A stretch of DNA of 64,000 nucleotides from a virus (lineage: Duplodnaviria; Heunggongvirae; Uroviricota; Caudoviricetes; Crassvirales): positions 20,379-84,378 of IMG/VR virus record IMGVR_UViG_3300037280_000040; one strand, given 5' to 3'. The translations under genes and the position numbers were made by a program. The notes beneath the pieces were generated by a model. It did no database searches and had not been told where the DNA came from. It saw only the letters and a list, made by a program, of their open reading frames with translations. The stretch's first letter is position 1; every line of letters begins with the position of its first letter. Shown one piece after another: positions 1 to 9,805 of this stretch.

Positions 1-756
1 TCTCTTGCTTGTTGAGCTACCCAACCTTTCTTTAAGCAACCTAAATAACTAAATTCAGATACCATTAAAGAGAATAACCAATAGTCAAAAGCATTCCAAA
101 TACTACAATCACTATGAGCTACATCATGACAGAAATGTTGAATATCTACTAATTCACTAGGAATAGAAGAAGAAACTTCATCATCAGTTACCCAATTAGG
201 TTGAATAAAAGTAACTTCATTACCAAATTGTTCTTTAGAGAAGTTACAATATCTAGTAGATTGTTCAGCAATAGAATCAACTCTATGTCTATTAAACTCT
301 CTACTCACACCAATATCACAAGTGAATCTTACAGAGATTCTTTTTTGATGTAATTCATCTGGAGTATTGACTATATAAGGTTTATGGGCAAACCATCCAC
401 TCTCTATAATAACTCTGTAATTAGTAGTTATATAATAATAAATACCTCCCAAAGTAAAATGCATCTTTACTCTACTATATTTGCTTCGTTTAAATCCTTG
501 TATAAGAACTTCTTTTATAGCTTTTTCTTCATCCTCAGGTTCATCTTCTTTAATCTTAGGTACAAATATAACAAGATAAACAGTACCATGTTCAAGCATA
601 GCTCCATGACCTCTCTCAATAAGATTAGATACAATCTTTTCAGCAGAACCCTGCATGATTTTATCTTGACTCATATAACAGGTCCTAGCTGCTCTCTCAA
701 TATCTTTATACAATCCTTCTGATTGTAAAATTTCAAACTTAGGTTTAATTAGTTTC
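1..756 (-). CDS. thyX: Flavin-dependent thymidylate synthase ThyX. The start ATG is at 754-756 and the C-terminus runs off the window edge.
   Basis: My own translation of the minus strand from 756 gives MKLIKPKFEILQ... and contains the ThyX signature RHRVDSIAEQSTRY (RHR-x7-S-x-RY). Confidence 0.8.
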
Positions 757-757
757 A

Positions 758-1372
758 TTACTTAACAATTCTAATTAATTCAGGGTCAATTCCAATTCCT
801 TTACCTTCAGATATATCTTGTAGAGTAAGTTTAACAATAGTACCTTTTGGGGTAACTTTTTTAATTTTACTACAAGTAACAATATCTCCATTTTTACCCT
901 CTTTTAATCTTGCATAAGATTCAGGAGTCATAACAATATAAGGAGATTCACTATTCTCAAGTTTACCAATATAAACTCTTATTCTATTAGACTTACTAAA
1001 ATCAGTATCATTTAAAGGAGCTAATACTAAATCTCCAATATTAAATACATCAGGTTTAGTAGAAGTTTCAACTTCCTTAACTTCTTCTACTACATCTTTA
1101 ACAGATTCTGTAGCACTTGGTCTTGGATATTTTTGAAAGAAATCATTATAATAATGGGTGTTTATTATAGCTGCCCAAAATACAATACCTTCTCCATCAT
1201 TTTTAGTTATACCCCAATCAAATCCTCCTAATCTCCTAGAAGTATCACGTTTTGCTTGGAATATTTTAATATTTCTTACATTACCTTGTATCTGTTGATG
1301 ATACAACATCCTCTCTACTACTTCAATAGGTAAATTTTTTATATCACCTATTAAATCATCTTTTGTAACCAT
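758..1372 (-). CDS. Hypothetical protein (204 aa)
   Basis: Long ORF packed tightly in the minus-strand gene array. No motif recognised. Confidence 0.5.
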   Translation of the reverse strand: MVTKDDLIGDIKNLPIEVVERMLYHQQIQGNVRNIKIFQAKRDTSRRLGGFDWGITKNDGEGIVFWAAIINTHYYNDFFQKYPRPSATESVKDVVEEVKEVETSTKPDVFNIGDLVLAPLNDTDFSKSNRIRVYIGKLENSESPYIVMTPESYARLKEGKNGDIVTCSKIKKVTPKGTIVKLTLQDISEGKGIGIDPELIRIVK

Positions 1373-1553
1373 TTCTTACAATTTTAATTTTATTTCTTTT
1401 AATAATTCAAACTCTTCATTAGAGATTAATTTATCTCTAAAACCAATCTTTTTTTGAGAAGCAATTACTTTAGTAATAGCTGATTTAAAAAGATTAATTT
1501 CCTTTTCTCCATTCAACTGCACCATTGCAATGTTGGTAATTGCTATCTCCATA

Positions 1554-1751
1554 TTATTGTAATTCTATTGATTCTACTGTAAAATCTTTTTCACTATTAA
1601 TAAAATAATCTCTTACTTTTTCTTCTAAATCCTTATTTATTTCTTCTTCAGAAATAGTAGGACTAAAATCTCCATGTACAAATAATTTAATAGTTACTAT
1701 TACTTCTTTCTCTACATAAATATCATCACAAGGGTCTCCTATCTCACTCAT
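1554..1751 (-). CDS. Hypothetical small protein
   Basis: ORF overlapping the next gene by 4 nt, which suggests translational coupling. Confidence 0.3.
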   Translation of the reverse strand: MSEIGDPCDDIYVEKEVIVTIKLFVHGDFSPTISEEEINKDLEEKVRDYFINSEKDFTVESIELQ

Positions 1752-1978
1752 TTTAACTTACCTTTACAAAATTTCCAAACTATTTCAGCATTTTCTTCAG
1801 TATCAGACATATGTTCATCTAAGAAGTCTTTTCCTTCTTTAAGACCAATATTTTTATAGTAATCTTTAGGATTTCTACTAAGTTCTACCATTCCTTTTAG
1901 AACTGTTAATTTATTACCTTTTCTTATATTTTCAATAAAAAAGATAATAAATTCATCTTTACTCAATTTCTTTTCCAT
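1748..1978 (-). CDS. Hypothetical small protein
   Basis: ORF in an operon-like array. Confidence 0.3.
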   Translation of the reverse strand: MEKKLSKDEFIIFFIENIRKGNKLTVLKGMVELSRNPKDYYKNIGLKEGKDFLDEHMSDTEENAEIVWKFCKGKLK

Positions 1979-2558
1979 CTTTATAGTATAATAATGTTGG
2001 ATTATTCTTATGTATATCTACTGGGAATTCTTCAAAAGTTGTAAACTCTTTAATATTAAAAGGTCTAGTAATTAAATGCCAACCATTTAATGTAGGAATT
2101 TTACCTAATACATTTACTTCAAAACCTGATTGACACTTATTAATACTGTCAGTATAAACATTTATCACATCCTCATTAAAGAAATCTAAATCAACTATCC
2201 ACAGTTTATCACCAGTAGTATATTGACCACATACACTATCAAAAGCTGATTTAACTGACCAAAACTGGTCATTAAGTATCTTATCAGTTACTTCCTTTAG
2301 CATATAAAAAGCTAACTTTTTATAGTTTCTTCTATTTAAGCCAATATAAGCTCTAGCATTAAAGAACTTACATAACTTTTTAATCTCGTCCTGAATAGAA
2401 TCATAGTACTCTAAAGTACTTATATAATAAGTTTTAATAATCCTATTATTATTATTCTCATCAGGATTTTCTTTTCTCCTTCTTATAATTTGTAGAAAGT
2501 AGAAATCACCTTCTTTAAATTTAAGAAATTGCTTAATTAATTCAAAATTATCAATCAT
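1959..2558 (-). CDS. Hypothetical protein (199 aa)
   Basis: ORF. No motif recognised. Confidence 0.4.
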   Translation of the reverse strand: MIDNFELIKQFLKFKEGDFYFLQIIRRRKENPDENNNNRIIKTYYISTLEYYDSIQDEIKKLCKFFNARAYIGLNRRNYKKLAFYMLKEVTDKILNDQFWSVKSAFDSVCGQYTTGDKLWIVDLDFFNEDVINVYTDSINKCQSGFEVNVLGKIPTLNGWHLITRPFNIKEFTTFEEFPVDIHKNNPTLLYYKDGKEIE

Positions 2559-3364
2559 AATATTTCTTCTTTAATAAGTATTTCTTTTACTTTAATAATT
2601 AAATCTTCAATAGTACCATTATTTTCAATTACATAATCAAACTTATAATCATCTAAAGCAGTTTCAGATTCATGTTCTATAGCTAAAGATTTTATTGCAG
2701 CATCAAATATATTAGGTCTATTAACTCTAATAGTTATACCATTTCTATCTTTAATAGCTTTAGCTTCATTAGGAAATCTACAATCAGTTATAATCCAATT
2801 AGGATAACCATTATTATATCTTTCAGGATTAGATAAAATTGTCATTTCAATTTGTCCTCCAAAACCAATATTTCCAGTAGGTTTTACTTTATATTCATAT
2901 CCTTCATTAGGAGTATAATCCCCCATAGTAGCATTAACCCAAATATCAGGATGAATTATTTGTCTACCACATTGAGTACCTATTAATTGTAATAACTTTC
3001 TAGGTGTTAAAGGAACTTGTTTACATTCACAAAATGAACAATTTTCTTTATCTAAATTTTTACATACATATTCTTTGGGTTGATTCCATTCCTCACCTAA
3101 TTCAGTCTCTTTAAATTTTTGGTTTTCAAGTTGTTCTCTTGTACATCCTATTAAAAGACATACAATATCTTTTAATTTATCTGCAAACTTTTTAATTTCA
3201 ACTCCTGATACCTTACTTAAGTCTACAGTAGCTAATTCTTCTATAAATACATCAGGTGGATAATATCTTCCTCTAACTTCTTTAGTCATATAAAGATGAT
3301 ATTGAATTATTTTACCTACTAAGTCTTTTCCCGACCCTATCTTACCACTAACCCCTATTAACAT
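2555..3364 (-). CDS. P-loop NTPase, putative (deoxy)nucleotide kinase. It has an inserted Cys cluster, CSFCEC.
   Basis: The N-terminal Walker A, MLIGVSGKIGSGKD, resembles phage dNMP kinases. It sits between thyX and the DNA polymerase. Confidence 0.5.
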   Translation of the reverse strand: MLIGVSGKIGSGKDLVGKIIQYHLYMTKEVRGRYYPPDVFIEELATVDLSKVSGVEIKKFADKLKDIVCLLIGCTREQLENQKFKETELGEEWNQPKEYVCKNLDKENCSFCECKQVPLTPRKLLQLIGTQCGRQIIHPDIWVNATMGDYTPNEGYEYKVKPTGNIGFGGQIEMTILSNPERYNNGYPNWIITDCRFPNEAKAIKDRNGITIRVNRPNIFDAAIKSLAIEHESETALDDYKFDYVIENNGTIEDLIIKVKEILIKEEIL

Positions 3365-3725
3365 TCTTTTCCTCCTTTTCTTTATCTTTTAAAGTGATAT
3401 AATTATCTAAAAGGTATTTAGTTTTAATAGCTATTTGTCTGTACTCTAAATCATTATCTTTATCATCTAAAGCTATTAATAATATAGCTGGATAAGCATG
3501 TTTATCTTCATCATTATAAATCCAACAATTTTTAATAGCTTTAAATCTAAACCCTGATTTTTTATTAATAAATATCCTTTCTTTATCTACAGTAGTTTGC
3601 ATTTTACAAAGTAAATATATACCAAATAGAAATATAATACTAACAATACCTAATACAAGTATCAATTTTAATATATGTGGGTCCATTATTTTAAAATTTA
3701 AAAGTGGCACTATTACTAATGCCAC
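3348..3725 (-). CDS. Small membrane protein
   Basis: Hydrophobic stretch ILKLILVLGIVSIIFLFGIYLL. Confidence 0.35.
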   Translation of the reverse strand: MALVIVPLLNFKIMDPHILKLILVLGIVSIIFLFGIYLLCKMQTTVDKERIFINKKSGFRFKAIKNCWIYNDEDKHAYPAILLIALDDKDNDLEYRQIAIKTKYLLDNYITLKDKEKEEKNVNRG

Positions 3726-3883
3726 TTATTTATTATTAATCACTTAACTCTTTATTAAGAAGTCTTTTTACTCTTCTTTTGTATATTCTCATAAGTTGTG
3801 TTTTACCTATACTTGGTTTAAAATCACTTTTTCTATCACATCTTTTTGATATAATATACTTTCTAAATAATCCTTTTTCCATA

Positions 3884-4129
3884 TTAATGAATCCAATATT
3901 TAGCTGTTTCAGGTACTGCAACTAATTTAACTGATTTACAGAATATAGCAGCTGCTTCATCCATAGCTTTTTTTAAATTTGCTGCTACTTCATCTACTAT
4001 TTCATCAGGAGATTCAACTAAGTACTCATCATGTACATCATTAGGAATCCAAACTGTAAACAATAGATTATTTCTAAGTAAATAATTAAAGAATCTAATA
4101 CCTGCTATTTTTGTAACTATAGCTGCTGT
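3884..4129 (-). CDS. DNA polymerase I family (PolA), 3' exon. It carries motif C and the C-terminus.
   Basis: Manual translation of the minus strand gives TAAIVTKIAGIRFFNYLLRNNLLFTVWIPNDVHDEYLVESPDEIVDEVAANLKKAMDEAAAIFCKSVKLVAVPETAKYWIH*. VHDE is PolA motif C. It joins in frame to ...NAPVQG of exon 1. Confidence 0.7.
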   Translation of the reverse strand, partial: TAAIVTKIAGIRFFNYLLRNNLLFTVWIPNDVHDEYLVESPDEIVDEVAANLKKAMDEAAAIFCKSVKLVAVPETAKYWIH

Positions 4130-4918
4130 CAGCTTTGTTATCTTATAGGCTCTTTATCCTATAATTCAATACCTTTAACTTTCGGTATTGCTCGGACTAT
4201 ATCTTAAAATATTATTACAAAAATTTATAAGTTCTTGTGTGGTAGCAGAATTTTTCATAGAGTTAGCTTTCTTACTGATAATCATAATGTTATTTTTAGT
4301 GTAACCAATACTATTATCTATCCTATCTAGAGATGGACTATACTCGTAGTTCCCCTTACTGCCTTTAACTAAAGGAACAAGTAATATAGGACAAATATCA
4401 GGAATAATTATATCTTCTACTGTTAAAGTAAATTCCATATTTTTTCTTTCTGCCCTCTTTTTAGCTGCATTTAGCATACCTACTTTATAAGGAATATCCT
4501 TTTTTAAAGAATTTCTCTTTAAAAGATTAGTTCTTTCCTTAAAACTAGTATCATATAACCTTCTAAATTGTCTCATAGACATATCTTCTGGTTTAGATTC
4601 TATACAATCTATGCAAGCCCACTCTCTTTTATACTCTCCCTTATAAGCAATTCTAAAAGAATCTAGGGGAAGTAATCTTCCACATTTTTTACAAATTTTT
4701 GTTTCCATACATATAGTTATTTATTACTTACACAAAGGTAAGTAATAATTTTGATATATGCAAATATTTTACCCCTTTTCTTGGTGTTTTACCTTCCCAT
4801 AGGGAATCCATACACTAGTCTCTACACCTTCTACTTATTACTAAGTAGCTTGGCTCGGTATTCCCATCTCAGGGTTCACCGAATTTAAGGGTTTTAAATA
4901 GGGCACAACTTTATGTCC
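4130..4918 (-). mobile_element. Group I intron interrupting the PolA gene, with an HNH endonuclease ORF in the P8 position
   Basis: On the minus-strand RNA there is an R-like element, GGUGUAGAGACUA (plus 4816-4828), and an S element, AAGAUAUAGUCC (plus 4194-4205). Exon 1 ends in U and the intron ends in G. A homologous core with compensatory stem changes is present in the RNR intron. Confidence 0.7.
4175..4708 (-). CDS. HNH homing endonuclease encoded inside the PolA intron
   Basis: The N-terminal CKKCG...CIDC zinc ribbon and SLDRIDNSIGYTKNNIMIISKKANSMKN resemble the second HNH ORF at 9137-9805. Confidence 0.6.
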   Translation of the reverse strand: METKICKKCGRLLPLDSFRIAYKGEYKREWACIDCIESKPEDMSMRQFRRLYDTSFKERTNLLKRNSLKKDIPYKVGMLNAAKKRAERKNMEFTLTVEDIIIPDICPILLVPLVKGSKGNYEYSPSLDRIDNSIGYTKNNIMIISKKANSMKNSATTQELINFCNNILRYSPSNTES

Positions 4919-6724
4919 ACCCTGTACAGGTGCATTTAAAGCATTTCTCTCATAACCACTTTTAGTCTGAAAGAATTTACTTACATCTAACATCATTTGA
5001 GGTCTATCATCTCTATTACTTCCATTAGCTATCCATTGCTGTTTAACTACTCTATACTCTGACCAAAACTCATAATCCATTGATTTTTCAATCGCTTTTA
5101 ATTCTTTCCAATCATGTATAAACATTTTATGACCAGTTATAGAATTAATAAGAATATAACCTTTATCCCACATATCTTTCTTTACTCTTTTAAAGTAAAC
5201 TTCTATATTAGGTAACCCAGTTAAATAAGATTTTTCAATAGCATTACCTTGTTCTAAAGGTAAAGATAAATTTCTTGCAATAGTTGAACCATTTCCTCCA
5301 TAATGTATTGAAAATTTAGCTTTTTTTGCTAATGTTCTTAAATCAGGTCTTTTAGGTTTCACTTCTTCTTCAGATAAAATATCTAAATCTTTAGGAAAGC
5401 AAATTTTAGCAACAAAACTATGTCCATCTCTTTTTCTAGTATCATTGTAAAATTCAATAAGTTTTTGTTCCTGAGATAACTCAGCAAATATAAAATCTTC
5501 TTGAGCAGTATAATCACAATCAATTAAAGTATAGCCACTTTGAGCTACAAAACTATGTCTTGTCTCATCATTATTAGGTAGATTTTGTAGGTTAAGATGC
5601 TCTATATTATTAGTTTTATCTTTACCACCACAACTTAATCTACCAGTGTCCATCATCTGATTAAAATTAGTATGAATTCTACCACTAATAGGATTTATTT
5701 GGTCTATAACACCTTGTCCATAAGTACTTACTACCTTATCAAAACCTTTATAATCTAAATAAGGTTGGGTAATAGTTGATACATCTTTCTGTAAACTAAT
5801 TACTTTAGCTTCAACAGATTTTTTCATCAATCCAGTTTTCTTATCTTTAGTAAGTAATTTAAATCCTAAAATTTCAAACAACTTAACTACTTGAGGAGAA
5901 CTAGCCCAATTAATATTACATACAGGTTCAGCATTAAAACCTTCAAATAAATCACCTTGTAAATCAGTTTCTGTAAATTTTAATAATCTTGAATCAGTTT
6001 TACTATTATCTACTACCCATTTATTAAGTACTATTCTAGAATCTTCTAATTTCTTAGAATCATTAGCCATTTTAGACTTCCACTTCTCAATATCTAACTT
6101 AATGCCACTATACTCAATATAAGCAAGTACTTTAACAAATTCATTTTCAACTCTAGCAGCTGAATGTAAGTCTTTTTCTGTTAGAGCTAACTCTTGAGCA
6201 TCTTTGATTTGACTAAGATATTTTACATCATTACAACCATATTCTATAACTTCTTCTGTTAAAGCTCTTTTAATATTACCTCTTTCTGATTTATCAAGAT
6301 AAATGTTTAGATAATTACCAGCACAGCCTTGTAAACCCATGCTTCTTTTACCTGGAGGATAACCCATATAGAGTAATTTCTCTACTACAAAAGTATCATA
6401 AACATTCCTTATAACAATTCTTTTATGATACAAGAATTGTAAATCAAATTTAGCATTATGTAATATAAATAGCTTAGAAGAATCTTCTAATAATGGCTTT
6501 AATAATTCAATATTGATAGTATAATCTATAGCAAATTGATTCTCAAAATCTCCCAACTGAAGTAATAATAATGCTTTTGTATAAACATCTAATCCTTCAG
6601 TTTCAGTATCAAGACCTATGATAGGTTTATCAGCAAAATAATCTAAACAAAATTGTAAATTACATACTGATACTCTATCATAGGTATTGAATAGTTGAAC
6701 ATTATTAGTTATAAAATACTTCAT
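4919..6724 (-). CDS. DNA polymerase I family (PolA), 5' exon. It carries the 3'-5' exonuclease domain and polymerase motifs A and B.
   Basis: Exo I is DTETEGLD. Motif A-like is LIDCDYTAQEDFIFAELS. Motif B is RTLAKKAKFSIHYGG. The conserved ERNALNAPVQG lies just before the splice point. The 24 codons that follow it are intron read-through. Confidence 0.75.
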
Positions 6725-6987
6725 TACTTAAATGTAATTATACAACCTGTTCCAGGAATAAAATCAATAAATCTTACAATAAATCCCTCAATATCAGAAC
6801 CTAATCTAATATTGGGACCATCTACTATGTTTACATAAATATGATTAAACTCATCATATTCAGGTATAATCCCTTCACTAGCTTTAACAATATAAGTTTT
6901 AGAGTCAATTCCTTCAGTTACAGAGTTTAATTTCTGTAAATAATTATTAGCTCCATTTTTACAATTTAACTTTATGATTTTGTCCAT
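6724..6987 (-). CDS. Hypothetical protein (87 aa)
   Basis: ORF whose stop abuts the PolA start. Confidence 0.35.
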   Translation of the reverse strand: MDKIIKLNCKNGANNYLQKLNSVTEGIDSKTYIVKASEGIIPEYDEFNHIYVNIVDGPNIRLGSDIEGFIVRFIDFIPGTGCIITFK

Positions 6988-7550
6988 ATTACCATGTTAT
7001 TAAAGTCAAGTTCCCATTGATGAGTAGTAAAGAATTTACTACCTAATACACCATGTAACTGTATATTATTATCATGTAATACTACAGTAAATACATCTGT
7101 CATAGGCATTAATACAAATTCTTCTCTAAATTTATAATTATCATAATCAAAATTTAAAGTACATTTAGTACTTTCTTCTATACCACTACCTGTAGTAACT
7201 TTACTATTAGGTAATTCTTCTAAATTATTAGTAGTTTTAATATTATTAAATATGTCTTTATTAAACATATTAACATCAGCCCCACTATCTAATAAGAAGT
7301 TGTATTCTACACCATATAAAGTTAATCTTATGATAGGTAATTTATGCTTCTCAAAATCCTTTTTAAACTTTAATTTATTATCTTTAAGTCTTAATACTCT
7401 TAGATTAAAAATATACTCTTTTTTAATTACTGCTCTAATATGTTTTACCATATAAAACAATGGAATTCCTAAAATTAAAAGGAATCCTAAAATTACCAAA
7501 ATCATTTCTATCATCTTCTCTTTATTTTTTACCAGTTGAGCCAAATCCAC
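6972..7550 (-). CDS. Membrane-anchored retropepsin-like aspartic protease
   Basis: An N-terminal TM helix, MIEMILVILGFLLILGIPLFYMV, plus the LLDSGADVN motif (hh-D-S/T-G-A). Confidence 0.5.
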   Translation of the reverse strand: MDLAQLVKNKEKMIEMILVILGFLLILGIPLFYMVKHIRAVIKKEYIFNLRVLRLKDNKLKFKKDFEKHKLPIIRLTLYGVEYNFLLDSGADVNMFNKDIFNNIKTTNNLEELPNSKVTTGSGIEESTKCTLNFDYDNYKFREEFVLMPMTDVFTVVLHDNNIQLHGVLGSKFFTTHQWELDFNNMVIWTKS

Positions 7551-8010
7551 CTCTATTAGGATTTTTCAAACTCTCAACTTCTACAAATTTAACTTTGCTT
7601 GTAAATAACCATTTTAATTTTATCCATACTGGAGCTGTCTGAGTAGGTCTTATTCTAAACTGACAAATTCTTTCTCCTTCTTTAATGGTAGTAGCTCTAA
7701 AGGCAGTAGCTAAAAATCCCCACTTATCATCATCTCCACAATAAGTATTATCAATAACTCCTTGAGAGTTATTAGATATAATGCCATATTTATTATAGGT
7801 ACTAGACCTAGGTAATACATTAGCTTCAAAATGCTTAGGTAACTGCATACTTACTCCTAATGGAATAATAGCACTATTGAAGAGGATAGAGTTATCACTG
7901 TTAACTTTAGGACCTTGTAAGGTTACTTCTTTTTCAGCTCTAAGGTCTATCCAATCTCCAAAGGATTCAATTTTACAAATAGGATTACTATATTTAATTT
8001 TAATTTTCAT
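7522..8010 (-). CDS. dut: dUTP pyrophosphatase
   Basis: All five dUTPase motifs are present: GDWIDL, PRSS, GVIDNTYCGDD, ERICQF and RGGFGSTG. Confidence 0.85.
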   Translation of the reverse strand: MKIKIKYSNPICKIESFGDWIDLRAEKEVTLQGPKVNSDNSILFNSAIIPLGVSMQLPKHFEANVLPRSSTYNKYGIISNNSQGVIDNTYCGDDDKWGFLATAFRATTIKEGERICQFRIRPTQTAPVWIKLKWLFTSKVKFVEVESLKNPNRGGFGSTGKK

Positions 8011-8013
8011 GTT

Positions 8014-9153
8014 TTATGTTAATGATTGATGAATAAAGAAACATTTAGAGTAAGTACATTCAGAGCACTTAACACAACCTGCTTCATGAACTAGTGGTTT
8101 ACCACAATCAGGACAAACTTCTCCTTTAACTTCTTCTTTAGGAATATATTTACCTAATACTCTACACATTGCTGAACTAAATGAAGTAATATTATCATTT
8201 ATTTTTCTAGTAGTATCTATAATAAAAGATATTGCAGCCCCATGTCTTAATAACATAGAAGTATAAATAGTACAAGCTTTTTCTTCAATCTTATCATTAG
8301 CTAATTGTAAATTAGGATAAACATAAAATTCAGAATTAAACTGATATTGTCCTTTTTTAACTTTAGTAATAGTACCAATAGTATTCTTAGCTAATTTTTC
8401 TCCTAATGAATCTTTCTTTAATTCATAAGCAAATATCTCAAAAGGTTTGCCATCTAATAATCCTACTATAACTGCATAACTAATACCTTGAGATTTAACT
8501 ACATACATTTCAGCAGGTAATGTTTTAGGTCTTTTGGGAGCAGAATTTTCTTTAATTGTACCTAATTTTTCTTCAGTAGTAATGTTATTTAATATACCAT
8601 CTCTACAACCATCTCTATAAATAGTAATACCTTTAAGATTTTTATTCCAAGCCATCATAAATATCTGAGAAATAGTCTCTTCTTTTACATCCTTAGGTAA
8701 ATTAATAGTAGAACTAATAGAATGAGTAGTATATTTTTGAACTATTGATTGTAATTCAATTCTATCCTCCCAATCAATACTAGCTGAATCAGAGTTGTAC
8801 CAAGGAGATTTTTTAAAATAATCTTCTAACTCAAATGTTTTTATTCCTTCACAACCATCATCATATTTAAGTTGAATCCATTGTTTAAATGGTTCATGTA
8901 AAACATAGAATTTAGTAAATTTCTCTCCAGTAATATCAGTAAAATCAACTCTATCATTCTCAGACATACATTTCTTACTTCTCTCATAATAAGGAGCAAA
9001 TATAGGTTCAATACCTGAAGATACTTGTGCCATAATACTTACAGTACCAGTTGGTGCTACAGTAGAAAAAGAAACATTCCTCCTCCCATACTTTTGCATT
9101 TTCTCATATTGTTGTGGAAAATTTTCTTTTATAAATTTATACCAAGCATTCAT
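8014..9153 (-). CDS. Ribonucleotide reductase large subunit, C-terminal fragment, translated as a separate ORF
   Basis: RRNVSFSTVAPTGTVSIMAQVSSGIEP matches the RNR alpha LRNSLLIAPMPTASTSQI...ESIEP region. It ends in a Cys cluster, CPDCG...CVKCSEC. Confidence 0.7.
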   Translation of the reverse strand: MNAWYKFIKENFPQQYEKMQKYGRRNVSFSTVAPTGTVSIMAQVSSGIEPIFAPYYERSKKCMSENDRVDFTDITGEKFTKFYVLHEPFKQWIQLKYDDGCEGIKTFELEDYFKKSPWYNSDSASIDWEDRIELQSIVQKYTTHSISSTINLPKDVKEETISQIFMMAWNKNLKGITIYRDGCRDGILNNITTEEKLGTIKENSAPKRPKTLPAEMYVVKSQGISYAVIVGLLDGKPFEIFAYELKKDSLGEKLAKNTIGTITKVKKGQYQFNSEFYVYPNLQLANDKIEEKACTIYTSMLLRHGAAISFIIDTTRKINDNITSFSSAMCRVLGKYIPKEEVKGEVCPDCGKPLVHEAGCVKCSECTYSKCFFIHQSLT

Positions 9154-9805
9154 ATTTTTTTCTTTTTTGATTTAATGCAATTTTGGTGCACATATTTATA
9201 AAATGTTCTTGAGTATATACATTTTTCATTATATTAATATCCCTATGTACCCATTGTACATTTCCTTCAATATAACCCTTTGTAGAATCTATTCTATCCA
9301 AAGAAGCATCAAAAGCTCCAAAATCTAGATTACCACTATAGACATTTTTTTTATTAATAAGTACTCCTGGTTCAAATAGTTTTATATCTATACCAGATAA
9401 ATTACATTTTTTATTTTGTTTAATAAATAATTCCCATAAATATTCTATAGATATATTAAATTCATGACCTCTTGACTTGGCTGCATTTTTATAATGCCAA
9501 TATAAAGATCTTGGTAAATCCCCTATTCCTTGATGTTTAGGAGAATATCCAACTGAACATATTCTGCCATTTAATTTATTATTTTTCCATTTTTCTCTAT
9601 TAGAACATTTTCTACATCTCGTAGACTTTTCTGATTTTAAAGTATCTCCTCTAATTAATTTTTCAGCTCCACATTTAATACATTGTACTTTTATAAATCC
9701 TCTATGTATATTATTAGTTTTATTCTTAACATTATATACAGTTGAATCAATTACTTTATAAATACCATATATTTCATCTTCTTTAAAATTATATTGTCTT
9801 GGCAT
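9137..9805 (-). CDS. HNH homing endonuclease inserted between two RNR fragments
   Basis: It has a zinc ribbon, CIKCG...CRKCS, and SLDRIDSTKGYIEGNVQWVHRDINIMKN. Its start overlaps the upstream RNR fragment stop as TAATG. Its end overlaps the downstream fragment start by 17 nt. Confidence 0.6.
   Translation of the reverse strand: MPRQYNFKEDEIYGIYKVIDSTVYNVKNKTNNIHRGFIKVQCIKCGAEKLIRGDTLKSEKSTRCRKCSNREKWKNNKLNGRICSVGYSPKHQGIGDLPRSLYWHYKNAAKSRGHEFNISIEYLWELFIKQNKKCNLSGIDIKLFEPGVLINKKNVYSGNLDFGAFDASLDRIDSTKGYIEGNVQWVHRDINIMKNVYTQEHFINMCTKIALNQKRKKYECLV

Noticed and set aside
384-722. Plus-strand 112-aa ORF
   Set aside because: It lies antisense inside the thyX coding region, which carries the RHR-x7-S-x-RY motif on the minus strand. 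The ORF is low-complexity and AT-driven.
3736-3921. 61-aa minus-strand ORF
   Set aside because: It overlaps the 3' exon of the DNA polymerase in a different frame. The polymerase frame carries the conserved VHDE motif C.
7252-7642. Two plus-strand ORFs (67 and 60 aa)
   Set aside because: They are antisense to the aspartic protease and dUTPase genes. No motifs were seen and such ORFs are expected by chance in AT-rich sequence.
9137-9805. Intein interpretation of the HNH ORF inside the RNR gene
   Set aside because: The HNH ORF has its own start and stop codons, and it overlaps the flanking RNR fragments out of frame (TAATG, and a 17-nt overlap). It is not an in-frame protein insertion.
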